Source: a virus (lineage: Duplodnaviria > Caudoviricetes). From it: a stretch of DNA of 64,000 bases. Location of the stretch: the IMG/VR virus record IMGVR_UViG_3300030376_004895, positions 1 to 64,000 of that record; one strand, 5' to 3'. Positions 8,446 through 17,231 of this stretch are shown here, in pieces. Positions within the stretch are counted from its first letter, which is position 1, and every line of letters begins with the position of its first letter. The notes under the pieces were generated by a model, which had not been told where the DNA came from, ran no database searches, and saw only the letters and a program-made list of their open reading frames with translations. The translations under genes were made by a program, and so were the position numbers.

Positions 8446-10026
8446 ATGATAGCACAGGGGCCGAATGGAGAACCTATCTATATACTGCAAGAAGGGGCGA
8501 AGAATAGGAGTGGAAGAAACGCCCAGGATAACAACATACTCGCCGCAAGAGCTGTGGCTGAATCTGTCCGTTCCACACTCGGGCCACTTGGTTTTGACAA
8601 ACTCCTGGTCGGCGGTGGTGGTGAAGTCACTATCACCAATGATGGTGTGACAATCCTAGAGCTGCTTCATGCCGAGCATCCTGCGGCTAAGATCATTATT
8701 GAAATCTCCAAGACTCAAGATTCTCTGTGTCATGATGGGACTACTTCTGCCGCCGTAATATCTGGATCTTTGCTTGAACAAGCGAGCGAGTTGATTACCA
8801 AGCAAGTCCATCCCGCTATCATTGTGAAGGGCTATCACTTTGCTCTTTCAATTGTCAATGAAACCCTAGATGAAATGGGATGGGAATTGAGTGATGATGA
8901 GTTGAAAGATGCGGCTCGCACTTCCATAACTGGAAAGAGTGCCGAGTCTGCAATCGACATCCTATCCGATATATCCGTTAGAGCGATGGATGCAGTTAGG
9001 GATAAGGACGGAGTGAACCTAGATAACATCAAGGTATCAACATTCGAGGGTGGCACTTACGATCAGAGCGAATTACTCCCAGGATTGGTTGTGGAGAAAG
9101 AGCGAATACATTCAGAGATGCCCGCTAGTTTGACTGATGCGAGAGTCCTCCTCCTCAAGACGGGATTGGAACCAAAGGAAACCAAGATTGAAAGTAAGTT
9201 GAATATCAGCGATCCGAAGGTTCTCGAAGCATTCCTTGTGAGAGAAGAAGAAGTCATCCAGGCCATGTGTCATGAGATAGCAAAGAATGGAACCCATGCA
9301 GTTTTCTGTCAGAAGGACATTGACCCACTAGCAGCTCATTACTTGGCCCAGGCTAACATACTAGCCGTAAAACGTGTGAAAAACTCAGACATGGAGGCAC
9401 TACGCCGAATCACGGGTGCAAGATTGGTTAGTGAGTTGAAAGAGTTGAGATCAACAGACTTGGGCGATGCATCTTGGATAACAGAAGAGAAGTTTGGCGA
9501 ACATATCTGCATATGTGTCACCAACGAGGATGCTACTAGCGTCACGGCTATCCTAAGAGGGGCTACAATGCACACTACTGATGAGTTAGAAAGAGCCTTT
9601 GATGATGTAATCGGAGTAGTCGCATTATCTGATTCAAGCCGAATAATGGTTAGTGGCGGAGGATCTGCTTACGCACACCTAGCTAGAGTGCTACGAGAAA
9701 GATCACATGAGGCACCAGGACGACAGGCTATGGCAGTTGAGTCCTTTGCCTCTGCTCTCGAATCAATCCCCTGGACATTGGCAGAAAACTCAGGGGCCGA
9801 TCCTGTCGATACGCTTCTTTCCCTCAAAGGCGCAGATGTTCATGATGGAGTATCAATTGATGGTGAGATCGAGAACATGAAGGATTTGAAAGTCATTGAA
9901 CCGAGAAAACTAATCAGAACCGCAATATCCAGTGCGGTGGAAGCATCGACTCTAATCTTGCGAATTGACGATGTGATTTCAATGAAACCTGGGGATGGGA
10001 TGCAACTACCACCTGGGATGGGTTAG
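8446..10026 (+). CDS. ths: Group II chaperonin (thermosome subunit)
   Basis: RSTLGPLGFDK, ITNDGVTIL, DGTTSA, helical-protrusion lid, ERAFDD, GGGS, LILRIDDVI. Confidence 0.95.
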   Translation: MIAQGPNGEPIYILQEGAKNRSGRNAQDNNILAARAVAESVRSTLGPLGFDKLLVGGGGEVTITNDGVTILELLHAEHPAAKIIIEISKTQDSLCHDGTTSAAVISGSLLEQASELITKQVHPAIIVKGYHFALSIVNETLDEMGWELSDDELKDAARTSITGKSAESAIDILSDISVRAMDAVRDKDGVNLDNIKVSTFEGGTYDQSELLPGLVVEKERIHSEMPASLTDARVLLLKTGLEPKETKIESKLNISDPKVLEAFLVREEEVIQAMCHEIAKNGTHAVFCQKDIDPLAAHYLAQANILAVKRVKNSDMEALRRITGARLVSELKELRSTDLGDASWITEEKFGEHICICVTNEDATSVTAILRGATMHTTDELERAFDDVIGVVALSDSSRIMVSGGGSAYAHLARVLRERSHEAPGRQAMAVESFASALESIPWTLAENSGADPVDTLLSLKGADVHDGVSIDGEIENMKDLKVIEPRKLIRTAISSAVEASTLILRIDDVISMKPGDGMQLPPGMG

Positions 10027-10027
10027 G

Positions 10028-10297
10028 ATGCCCACTAAGATATTCGCAGGTAGAACCAAACGCTTGAGAAAGCAAATCATCAAGCATTTGCTAGAAGTCG
10101 GTGAGGCCGATACTGCGGATATTTATGAGCATCTGAAAGAGAATACCTATTGGGGAAAATCCATGAATCAAATCTCAAATGTGTTGGCTAAAGATCCTCG
10201 CTTCAAGTTAGTCGGTAAAACTCGAAGAGTCATGGGGATGAACAGTTTGCAGATATACAAACTCGCAGATGACTACCTGGACTACGAGGTGACGTGA
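10028..10297 (+). CDS. Winged-helix DNA-binding protein
   Basis: TADIYEHL..MNQISNVLAKDPRF; resembles 28179..28472. Confidence 0.7.
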   Translation: MPTKIFAGRTKRLRKQIIKHLLEVGEADTADIYEHLKENTYWGKSMNQISNVLAKDPRFKLVGKTRRVMGMNSLQIYKLADDYLDYEVT

Positions 10298-10455
10298 TGC
10301 CTCCTCAATACAAAACACATCTCAGACGAATCTGTATCGAACCAGGATGCAATCGAAAGATTCAGTCGAGTGCAAAGAAGGAGATACACCGATGCGGAAC
10401 GTGTTGCCGTTTGATCAGAAGGGCCAAAAAGGCAGCTCTAAATCAATCAGCATAG
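10297..10455 (+). CDS. 52-aa zinc-finger microprotein
   Basis: CIEPGC...RCGTCC; GAGGTGA SD; not in ORF track. Confidence 0.6.
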   Translation: MPPQYKTHLRRICIEPGCNRKIQSSAKKEIHRCGTCCRLIRRAKKAALNQSA

Positions 10456-10468
10456 AGAGTGTTCAATA
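10455..10468 (+). promoter_or_regulatory. Promoter motif variant GAGAGTGTTCAATA
   Basis: Ends 24 nt before the structured GC-rich element. Confidence 0.6.
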
Positions 10469-10491
10469 ACCCTATCTCACAAGACGGGTTT

Positions 10492-10600
10492 GAGTCGATT
10501 ATACCCCGTGCGGCGGAGAATGCTGGGCAATAGCAATTGTCGCGGGGGGAGGGGCGGCTCAAGGGTTTCTTTCCCCTTACATTCCCCTCCTCCCAAACAA
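10492..10600 (+). ncRNA. Candidate structured RNA with two alternative folds
   Basis: Stems 10492-97/10555-60, 10504-10/10541-47, 10521-24/10532-35; alternative 10544-54/10585-95. Confidence 0.4.
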
Positions 10601-10629
10601 CTTATCAATAGGAACCATCATTCAGAGTC

Positions 10630-10773
10630 ATGCCCATCATATGCTCTAAATGCAGAACAGAAATTAACGCCACCAATACAATGGGTGGCAGGTCAGATCG
10701 TAATCCCATGTGTGGTAAGTGCTACTTGAAGTGGAAAGCTCAACAGAGAAGGGAATTAGAACGATTGGTTTAA
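10630..10773 (+). CDS. 47-aa zinc-finger microprotein
   Basis: CSKC...CGKC; not in ORF track. Confidence 0.6.
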   Translation: MPIICSKCRTEINATNTMGGRSDRNPMCGKCYLKWKAQQRRELERLV

Positions 10774-10811
10774 TAACCCCTACCGCCCCTCACTAATCCC
10801 CCAAGCGGGGA

Positions 10812-11801
10812 GTGGTGATACTGATGACGAAGAAAAATATGACAAAAGAATTTGAAGAAGCAAAACTGAATACCGACCCAATGGTAATGTTCTATGCCTT
10901 GAAGGCATTTGCAGAGATTGGGATTGATGGCTTTCAAGACGAACATGGGCTATACTTGAACAAAGCAGAGCGTCAAGCGAGAGGCAAACAACCCTTGAAG
11001 ACGGGCGATGCCGAAATCAAGATTGAGATGGGTGGTGGAGTTTTCACCATCAAGGCAGACGACCCTGATCTCCCAATGGTGTCAATCCCTGTTGGTCTAT
11101 CCGACAAGGTGACTACTGCTACTATACCCTGGCAGAAGATTGCAGGAGTATTGTTCCAGGAGTTAATCTCAGTATTCGGTGGCGATACAGAATACGCTAT
11201 GACTACTGTGAAGGATAGAATCAACGCCTACATTGACGGAGGGATAGAGGAGACTGATGAAGGCAGGTTGAAGATCAATCAATCGAAACTTCCAGAGGTT
11301 CGCAATGCCGATGAGGTTGCGCTATTCCTCAACTCACTCAAGAGGCAATTCAAGTCCAAGAGCCGAGGGACTCCCGTTCTGAACCTATCAGTCGAGTGTC
11401 CAACAGCTCAACCAACGGAGGAGGAGCAGAAGAACACTCATCCAGCCCCACAGACGGATTACAACGCCGTCTTTGCAGTTTCCCCAAGTAATACCGAGGT
11501 GACTACAAGAGAAGCATCCCCTTCTGTCTCGGTTTCACCACCTGTAGCCTCGGGGGAAACGGAGGTGGCATCTGTAGTCAATGCCACTTCCACCTTGATC
11601 TCAAGGCGGGAGCAGGTAGCTGCCACCGTCAAAGAAGCCCTGGGTGATGAGAAGCGCACCATCGGCTATCTCAAGAAGGCGATATACCTTGATGAAGAGG
11701 CATGGAGGCCCATCCTGGAAAGCATGATTACAACGGGTGAGGTATTCAAGGAGGGCGAGCGTAGGTCTTGCCGATACTTCCTCCCTGGGGTGAGCGAATG
11801 A
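10812..11801 (+). CDS. Hypothetical protein with S/T/P-rich linker and C-terminal winged helix
   Basis: 329 aa; TTTAATAA upstream; C-terminal TIGYLKKAI..WRPILESMITTGEVFKEG. Confidence 0.75.
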   Translation: MVILMTKKNMTKEFEEAKLNTDPMVMFYALKAFAEIGIDGFQDEHGLYLNKAERQARGKQPLKTGDAEIKIEMGGGVFTIKADDPDLPMVSIPVGLSDKVTTATIPWQKIAGVLFQELISVFGGDTEYAMTTVKDRINAYIDGGIEETDEGRLKINQSKLPEVRNADEVALFLNSLKRQFKSKSRGTPVLNLSVECPTAQPTEEEQKNTHPAPQTDYNAVFAVSPSNTEVTTREASPSVSVSPPVASGETEVASVVNATSTLISRREQVAATVKEALGDEKRTIGYLKKAIYLDEEAWRPILESMITTGEVFKEGERRSCRYFLPGVSE

Positions 11802-11938
11802 GTCCCAAGCAAGTCGAGTGCATAGGTTGCGGACGGGTCATTGATGGGAAGAAGAGGCTTCAATCAGAAGACCCGTTGAGATGCGTGGTTTGCTACTTCC
11901 AGGGCGATCAGAAATTAGATTGGGGGCGAGGACTTTGA
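11798..11938 (+). CDS. 46-aa zinc-finger microprotein
   Basis: CIGC...CVVC; ATGA overlap. Confidence 0.6.
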   Translation: MSPKQVECIGCGRVIDGKKRLQSEDPLRCVVCYFQGDQKLDWGRGL

Positions 11939-12162
11939 GCAGATCTGAAACTAGAGGCAAGTATCCAAGACAGGATTGCATAAACTGTGCTGCCTGTAAG
12001 AGGATGGAAAAACCGAATCCCTACACTCCCAAGCAGAAAGTGTATGCGGGTTCTGCTCGATACTATGGTAAGTGCAAGCATTGTTTCTTCTCTCGTAAGG
12101 GTGGCTACAAAGGCAAGGTTCCACCTAATGACTTCAATTACAAGGCCACTTTTGGGAGCTGA
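11935..12162 (+). CDS. Basic zinc-finger protein
   Basis: CINCAAC...CKHC; TTG start by overlap. Confidence 0.6.
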   Translation: MSRSETRGKYPRQDCINCAACKRMEKPNPYTPKQKVYAGSARYYGKCKHCFFSRKGGYKGKVPPNDFNYKATFGS

Positions 12163-12166
12163 TGAA

Positions 12167-12379
12167 ATGACTGACGAAACTTACCTAACCAAGTCGAACC
12201 GCCGCTACAAGTGGCGCAACGATGAGACAGGAATCACCGTGATCAAGCACAAGAGGCTCAAGGGTGGTGCGCTTCCGTATGTCGTCAAGAATCGCTATGG
12301 CTCGTCCACCTATGACCTTAGAGGATTTGACATCAGACAACGCAACGCCTGGAGAAGAAGGGCATTGGAGGGATTCTGA
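12167..12379 (+). CDS. Basic hypothetical protein
   Basis: Start moved to ATG 12167. Confidence 0.6.
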   Translation: MTDETYLTKSNRRYKWRNDETGITVIKHKRLKGGALPYVVKNRYGSSTYDLRGFDIRQRNAWRRRALEGF

Positions 12380-12549
12380 TGGCACGGTTCAATTGGGGCT
12401 TTAGAGGCGTGGATAGAGCAATCAATATCGTTCGGAAATTGGAGAAGGAGTATAGCATCGAAGCCGACCATATCGAGGGACTTTACGAGATTCTATTTGA
12501 CGCAAAGAAGTTTGATTTCTCTAAGTATATCCCAGGAGGGGATAAGTGA
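12379..12549 (+). CDS. 56-aa hypothetical protein
   Basis: Overlap-coupled on both sides; not in ORF track. Confidence 0.6.
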   Translation: MARFNWGFRGVDRAINIVRKLEKEYSIEADHIEGLYEILFDAKKFDFSKYIPGGDK

Positions 12550-12749
12550 TGAGTGATCATTGGTGGAAGAGGTTCGGTGTGCAACCGAATCCACTAGAAA
12601 GGATTTCATTGAACATGGAGGCATTAGTCGGGATGCTCAATGTATTGGATGCCAGGCTAGAAGACGGTAAAGTCGATGAGGCTCGTTTGCAAATCAAGAG
12701 GATGATACTGCAACTGAGAGGACTTCCGTGTGAGGACTTGAAGGAGTGA
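12546..12749 (+). CDS. Hypothetical helical protein
   Basis: 67 aa, GGAGGG SD. Confidence 0.65.
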   Translation: MMSDHWWKRFGVQPNPLERISLNMEALVGMLNVLDARLEDGKVDEARLQIKRMILQLRGLPCEDLKE

Positions 12750-13006
12750 GTAGTGTGCCTGGGCCAACAGAGAAGACATGGACTTCGAGACCAAAGCCAA
12801 AGCGAGCAAAGTTAGTGTGGGCGGGCGCGGGTCATGCCATAGGAAAACCCCCGTTCTCGTTGCTGATGAGGCCGTCATTCATGATCAATGGCATGAGGAC
12901 TACTCGATGGGTGATTCATGCAGAGGAGAACGACCAGGATCCCATCATCATAGATGCACCTGCTAAAGAAGCATACAAAATCCTAACCAAGAAGGCGAGC
13001 GTATGA
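12746..13006 (+). CDS. Hypothetical protein
   Basis: 86 aa, overlap-coupled. Confidence 0.65.
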   Translation: MSSVPGPTEKTWTSRPKPKRAKLVWAGAGHAIGKPPFSLLMRPSFMINGMRTTRWVIHAEENDQDPIIIDAPAKEAYKILTKKASV

Positions 13007-13248
13007 CTGTCTTGAAGATCACGATTCCACGAGGCGATGAGCAGCTCATGGAGTCGTTGTTCTTGTCCGAGGGTCGTATGCAACCTGCATTCCCTATGTC
13101 ATTTGAAGTGGATGATGGTTCGACATACAGAGTGTGGCATATCGGTGAAGAAGACCCCCAGGTCTTACAATTCATTCCCGAGGGACTTGATTGGGCATGG
13201 TGGTGTGCGGCTGAAGATGAGGAAAAGGAACCATTTGAGGACTTTTAG
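13003..13248 (+). CDS. Acidic hypothetical protein
   Basis: 81 aa, overlap-coupled. Confidence 0.65.
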   Translation: MTVLKITIPRGDEQLMESLFLSEGRMQPAFPMSFEVDDGSTYRVWHIGEEDPQVLQFIPEGLDWAWWCAAEDEEKEPFEDF

Positions 13249-13538
13249 TGATTGATATGGTGAAGATACGGGTAAAGCAGGTCATAGAGTGCTATGTGGA
13301 CATCGAGTCTCCGACAAAAGTAGGAGCTACCAGGATAATGGATAGTCTGAATTTGGAACCGATCTCAATGACAGAACCTGAGACAGTTGTTCGGAGATAT
13401 AAGAAGAAATCAAAATTTTACGCAGTTGAATGTGTTGAGTGTGGAAAATTCACGAATAGTTGCTGGAAGAGACATGACGTATGTTGGTCTTGTCGGAATA
13501 ATCCGAATCCTGTTGATGAAGTGACCATAGATGAGTAA
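13248..13538 (+). CDS. Hypothetical protein with C-terminal zinc finger
   Basis: CVECG...CWSC. Confidence 0.65.
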   Translation: MIDMVKIRVKQVIECYVDIESPTKVGATRIMDSLNLEPISMTEPETVVRRYKKKSKFYAVECVECGKFTNSCWKRHDVCWSCRNNPNPVDEVTIDE

Positions 13539-13546
13539 TCTAGGGT

Positions 13547-13559
13547 AATGTGTTCATAA
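13547..13559 (+). promoter_or_regulatory. Promoter motif variant AATGTGTTCATAA
   Basis: Intergenic; TTCATA ends 25 nt before ATG 13583. Confidence 0.55.
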
Positions 13560-13576
13560 CGATAACGCACTACGGT

Positions 13577-13891
13577 ATGAGCATGGCAGACCACCGCAGA
13601 GAGGCATATGCCCGCGAGAGGAGATACAGGATGCTCAGTAAGCCCTGGTTAGAAACGATAGCCGAGATTAGATCAGAAAGAGGTGGGTTGCTTGGTTCAG
13701 AGCAATTTACTGCGTTGGCCGGTGTTGAGAAAGCTGAGAGGCTGGACATTGTTGATTCGAGATTGAAGACCGCAGAAGGATGGATTGCATACTACGAGAA
13801 GGAGAAGAAGCGAGGAGCGAGGTTCCGTGTGAGGAGATACCTTCGTGAAATAGCAACCATGTCTGACAATGACCTGGAGTGGGAAACGTGA
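13577..13891 (+). CDS. Charged helical hypothetical protein
   Basis: Start likely ATG 13577 or 13583 rather than GTG 13550. Confidence 0.65.
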   Translation: MSMADHRREAYARERRYRMLSKPWLETIAEIRSERGGLLGSEQFTALAGVEKAERLDIVDSRLKTAEGWIAYYEKEKKRGARFRVRRYLREIATMSDNDLEWET

Positions 13892-14028
13892 GTGAAGAAG
13901 AAGTCGAATGGTGTGAACCATGTGGTGCGAGGATGAAAGAAGGAGATGAGAGATATGACATTATCACTAAGGAGAAGAGGCCGATCAGGCGATGCCCCCA
14001 ATGCAGGAAATGGGAGTGGGTAGAATGA
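13888..14028 (+). CDS. 46-aa zinc-ribbon microprotein
   Basis: CEPC...CPQC; overlap-coupled; not in ORF track. Confidence 0.6.
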   Translation: MSEEEVEWCEPCGARMKEGDERYDIITKEKRPIRRCPQCRKWEWVE

Positions 14029-14516
14029 CCTTCCAGGATGAAGTCGAATGGTGCTTGCGCTTATGGAATAGCCTCCGAATAGGAGGAGTCTGGACTCTCG
14101 AAGGAGTAGGGACGTATGTGCGAACCGATCTCAAGGAGATGACTCTGACGGAGATTCACATTGATAGAGCCACACCAGGGGATGAGAGAAGCCTCTTCGA
14201 TCATCACGATTACCTTGCCACACTAGCTAGGGAAATTGGATGGGAGATGGAGATGAAGGTCGAAAGAGCATTCACCTTTGATGGCGAATTTACCGTTCCA
14301 GAGGATAGGATTGGAGATGTAGCAGTATGCAACAAGAAGTGCGGTGCGATAGCAAGAGTGGAGCCAATCGCCGTTGAGCAGACATACTACAAGCTGACGG
14401 ATGGCGAATGTCCGGTATGCGGCAAGAAGGGATTCACGAAGGATTGGCACGATCTCCATGTCGTCATTGATGACAGAGGCGCGACTCTGAAAGCGCAGAA
14501 AGAAGAGGAGGAGTGA
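14025..14516 (+). CDS. Hypothetical protein with C-terminal zinc ribbon
   Basis: CNKKC...CPVC; ATG 14025 by overlap. Confidence 0.7.
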   Translation: MTFQDEVEWCLRLWNSLRIGGVWTLEGVGTYVRTDLKEMTLTEIHIDRATPGDERSLFDHHDYLATLAREIGWEMEMKVERAFTFDGEFTVPEDRIGDVAVCNKKCGAIARVEPIAVEQTYYKLTDGECPVCGKKGFTKDWHDLHVVIDDRGATLKAQKEEEE

Positions 14517-14695
14517 TTATGCTAAAGGAATTTGAGGAGTTATTGAGAAAGATTCTCGAAGAACAACAGAGGACAAATCGAATCCTGGGAGAGATGGCGA
14601 GGCCGAGGTTAGGCACGATGCAATTAACTCAATGCTGGGCAGGGATTCGGAACAGATCAACAGCAGCTCTATGGGATAGAACAGAGGAGGAATGA
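14513..14695 (+). CDS. Hypothetical protein
   Basis: 60 aa, GAGGAGG SD. Confidence 0.6.
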   Translation: MIMLKEFEELLRKILEEQQRTNRILGEMARPRLGTMQLTQCWAGIRNRSTAALWDRTEEE

Positions 14696-14997
14696 AGATG
14701 GAGATAAAAATTGAGGAATTGATAATTGACGGAAAAAAGTGGACGATTGAGTATAGCGAGGATTACAAAGATGGATGGAAACTCATCAATCATTTCAGAC
14801 CAAGCATCAGGGGGTTGAGTATGGCTAGTAAGAAGAATAGCCCAATCGACTCTCACAGGCAGGAATACAAAGCCTGGAAAGCCAAGAAGAAGAGAGATTC
14901 ACAGACTCGAAAGGCTCTCGTTCATGCGCTATTGCAATCAGTCGAGATAATCAATTCAGAAGACCTGATCCTAAAGAGTGATGATTCTGAGGAATGA
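14692..14997 (+). CDS. Hypothetical protein
   Basis: 101 aa, GAGGAGG SD. Confidence 0.65.
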   Translation: MKMEIKIEELIIDGKKWTIEYSEDYKDGWKLINHFRPSIRGLSMASKKNSPIDSHRQEYKAWKAKKKRDSQTRKALVHALLQSVEIINSEDLILKSDDSEE

Positions 14998-15095
14998 GTA
15001 TGCTCTGTTCGTTTTGCAGGGATAAAGCGACAGGGTGTGTAGATGGGCATAATGTATGTGATAGAGAAGAGTGTTTTAACAAGGCAACGAAGTAG
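14994..15095 (+). CDS. 33-aa Cys microprotein
   Basis: CSFC...VCDREEC; ATGA overlap. Confidence 0.5.
   Translation: MSMLCSFCRDKATGCVDGHNVCDREECFNKATK
15068..15079 (+). promoter_or_regulatory. Promoter motif variant AGAGTGTTTTAA
   Basis: Same GAGTGTT core with a canonical TTTTAA; ends 28 nt before ATG 15107. Confidence 0.55.
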
Positions 15096-15106
15096 AGAGT
15101 GGTATT

Positions 15107-15406
15107 ATGGCGCAACACAATTACAACAATACGGTGCATGAAGAGATTGAAACGACTTGTCACATGGGTGAGCAGCTCCATGTAGTCACGTCAAACGCAT
15201 TCAAATCCCGAGTCTTGAATCTCAGGATGTTCAGAGTAGTCCCATCGAAGACGGGGCATACGGGATATACGCGCATCGGATTCTTCTTGACTAGGAATGA
15301 AGCGAGGACTCTCCGTGATTCTCTCTCTGAGATCATAGAGGATGAGAATGCCTGGGACACCGAGATACCAGAGCCATTGATTGAGATGGAGGATGATGTT
15401 GAATGA
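15107..15406 (+). CDS. PC4/YdbC-like ssDNA-binding transcriptional coactivator fold
   Basis: LHVVTS..RVLNLRMF..GYTRIGFFLTRNEARTLRDSL pattern. Confidence 0.65.
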   Translation: MAQHNYNNTVHEEIETTCHMGEQLHVVTSNAFKSRVLNLRMFRVVPSKTGHTGYTRIGFFLTRNEARTLRDSLSEIIEDENAWDTEIPEPLIEMEDDVE

Positions 15407-15792
15407 AGTTTGAAACTCTTGATGAATTTCTGGAATATCATCACAAGTTGATACTTGATATTTGTGAGAAATCAGTTGAGGATCATGTAGTCATTGCCAA
15501 TTTGGCATTCGATCTGTGGAACCAGGCTAGGCTTTTTGCCAATCGCTCTTATGTCACATTGGCATTCGATTGCTGCTATATCATATCAAATGCGACAGGG
15601 AACAAGGTTTCCATCTCACTCTTGAAGAATATCTCGGGGGATCTACTAGATGGACGAAGAGTCAGAGCCATGACTACATCATCTCGCAAGCGATGGTTCA
15701 TGACCTACAAGGGCAAAGATGCAATTATGGAGATACTCCAAGACCAAGAGCTGTATGATGACGTGACGAGCAATTGGACTGAGGAAGAGTGA
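15403..15792 (+). CDS. Single TFB/TFIIB-type cyclin-repeat protein
   Basis: IANLAFDLWNQAR..NRSYVTLAFDCCYIIS..GNKVSISLLKNI resembles GRSxxxxAAAxxYxA; no Zn ribbon. Confidence 0.55.
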   Translation: MKFETLDEFLEYHHKLILDICEKSVEDHVVIANLAFDLWNQARLFANRSYVTLAFDCCYIISNATGNKVSISLLKNISGDLLDGRRVRAMTTSSRKRWFMTYKGKDAIMEILQDQELYDDVTSNWTEEE

Positions 15793-17231
15793 TGCTTTCA
15801 TATCGCTCTCTTGCAGAATCCTGGCGAGTCATGTCTGCATACAAGTTGAGGAATAGGGCAGAGATAGTGGCGAACAATCTCCGAGCCTCTATGACAGATC
15901 CCTGGACAGTCATAGCATACTTCTATCCTCGAAGCCTCAATGGCAACAGACTAAGTGATGAGGATTTCAGAGAGATATATTACTTGCTTACTAATGCATA
16001 TCCAAGTGAGATTGAACCGAACCCTGACCCTATTGCTCATCTTGTCCAACTATCGGAAACAGAAACGACAACAGGTAATGCAAAGAGCGTAGTCGATAGA
16101 ATCTCCAAGATACTAGCTAGTGATGACAATGAGGTTCGAGCATGGCTCATCAGACCCCTGTTTGATAGAATCAACAAACGTGATCTTCATCCATTGTTCA
16201 TGCGCCTGAGCGTTCGTTCCGCCCCTATCAGGAGGAGAGAAGTGATTGGTGCTCTTGCATTGGCATATGATCAGCCATTCCACCATATCAGAACATCGGC
16301 TAATCTCCTGGGTTTAGGCAATACTGTGAATGATTTGTCATTGCATTCATTCGATTATACCGCAGTAAGACCCCTTGTTGGTTCACCACTTGTCATCCCA
16401 ACACCTACGCTCGTTGAGTCCGTCAGCACGGTTGCGTTCACCAAATGCCTTCTGGAAACTGTAGAGGGAGCATGGGTCACTATCCACAGGGGGAACGAAA
16501 CTATTGGTTTCACGGCATCGGGGTATGAGTTGCCTGATGATGATGACTGGATAGAGAAGTGGGCAGATGCCATTGGACTTGAACCAGGTATCTATCTCTG
16601 TGACTATGCAGAAATGCGCGACAATCCTCTTTTGTTGATTGATTGGTTAGACCCTTCTGACCCACAGATGACATTCGCAAAACGCAGAGAGAGATTTGAA
16701 GGGATTCCTGAATGGGCTACGAAACCAATGGTCTCTCTGGATCGGCCATATCATAGCGAGAAATATCAGGAGACAGGCCATCCATTCCTATTGCGTAATG
16801 CCCGAGGGATTCTAACATACGAGAATACGATTGAAGAAGTCGCGCTATTGAATCCCGTATCGAAGCATCGCATAATGAGGGTTCTATCTGGTCGGGTCTT
16901 CCAGAATCTAGCTCAAGGGCCGAACCTGTATGTTTTGTGGAAACTAGGCGTTCGAGATGGTTTTGATTACTTCCCCATAACTGAGATGACGAGTGGTGAT
17001 TTGACTGATCAGGATTTCAAGAGATATTGTGCCGAGTGGAAATGGCTACCAGGAGAAGCAATCAGAATCGAAACCCCCTTGTTCGTCAAAGTGAACATCC
17101 TTACATCAGGATGGGGGGAGATTGGAGCATACTTGAATGGCAACATCGCAGGTATTGATAGCTCTGCAGGATTAGCAGATACAATGGGAGTGGAGGAAAT
17201 AGGATATGTCGGGGATTCTCAACCAGGATGA
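15789..17231 (+). CDS. ATP-dependent DNA ligase homologue with degenerate active site
   Basis: DBD, adenylation and OB domains colinear with archaeal ligase; motif I reads ETVEGAW instead of ExKYDGxR. Confidence 0.7.
   Translation: MMLSYRSLAESWRVMSAYKLRNRAEIVANNLRASMTDPWTVIAYFYPRSLNGNRLSDEDFREIYYLLTNAYPSEIEPNPDPIAHLVQLSETETTTGNAKSVVDRISKILASDDNEVRAWLIRPLFDRINKRDLHPLFMRLSVRSAPIRRREVIGALALAYDQPFHHIRTSANLLGLGNTVNDLSLHSFDYTAVRPLVGSPLVIPTPTLVESVSTVAFTKCLLETVEGAWVTIHRGNETIGFTASGYELPDDDDWIEKWADAIGLEPGIYLCDYAEMRDNPLLLIDWLDPSDPQMTFAKRRERFEGIPEWATKPMVSLDRPYHSEKYQETGHPFLLRNARGILTYENTIEEVALLNPVSKHRIMRVLSGRVFQNLAQGPNLYVLWKLGVRDGFDYFPITEMTSGDLTDQDFKRYCAEWKWLPGEAIRIETPLFVKVNILTSGWGEIGAYLNGNIAGIDSSAGLADTMGVEEIGYVGDSQPG

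Noticed and set aside
8446-10026. Thermosome as evidence of a cellular chromosome or provirus flank
   Set aside because: Flanked by viral-type micro-ORFs; no other housekeeping genes, integrase or att site in the window
10544-10566. G-quadruplex
   Set aside because: G-runs are not arranged as four well-spaced tracts, and Watson-Crick partners are available
10490-10729. 79-aa ORF from the track
   Set aside because: TTG start, no SD, composition dictated by the GC hairpins; overlaps a better 47-aa zinc-finger ORF
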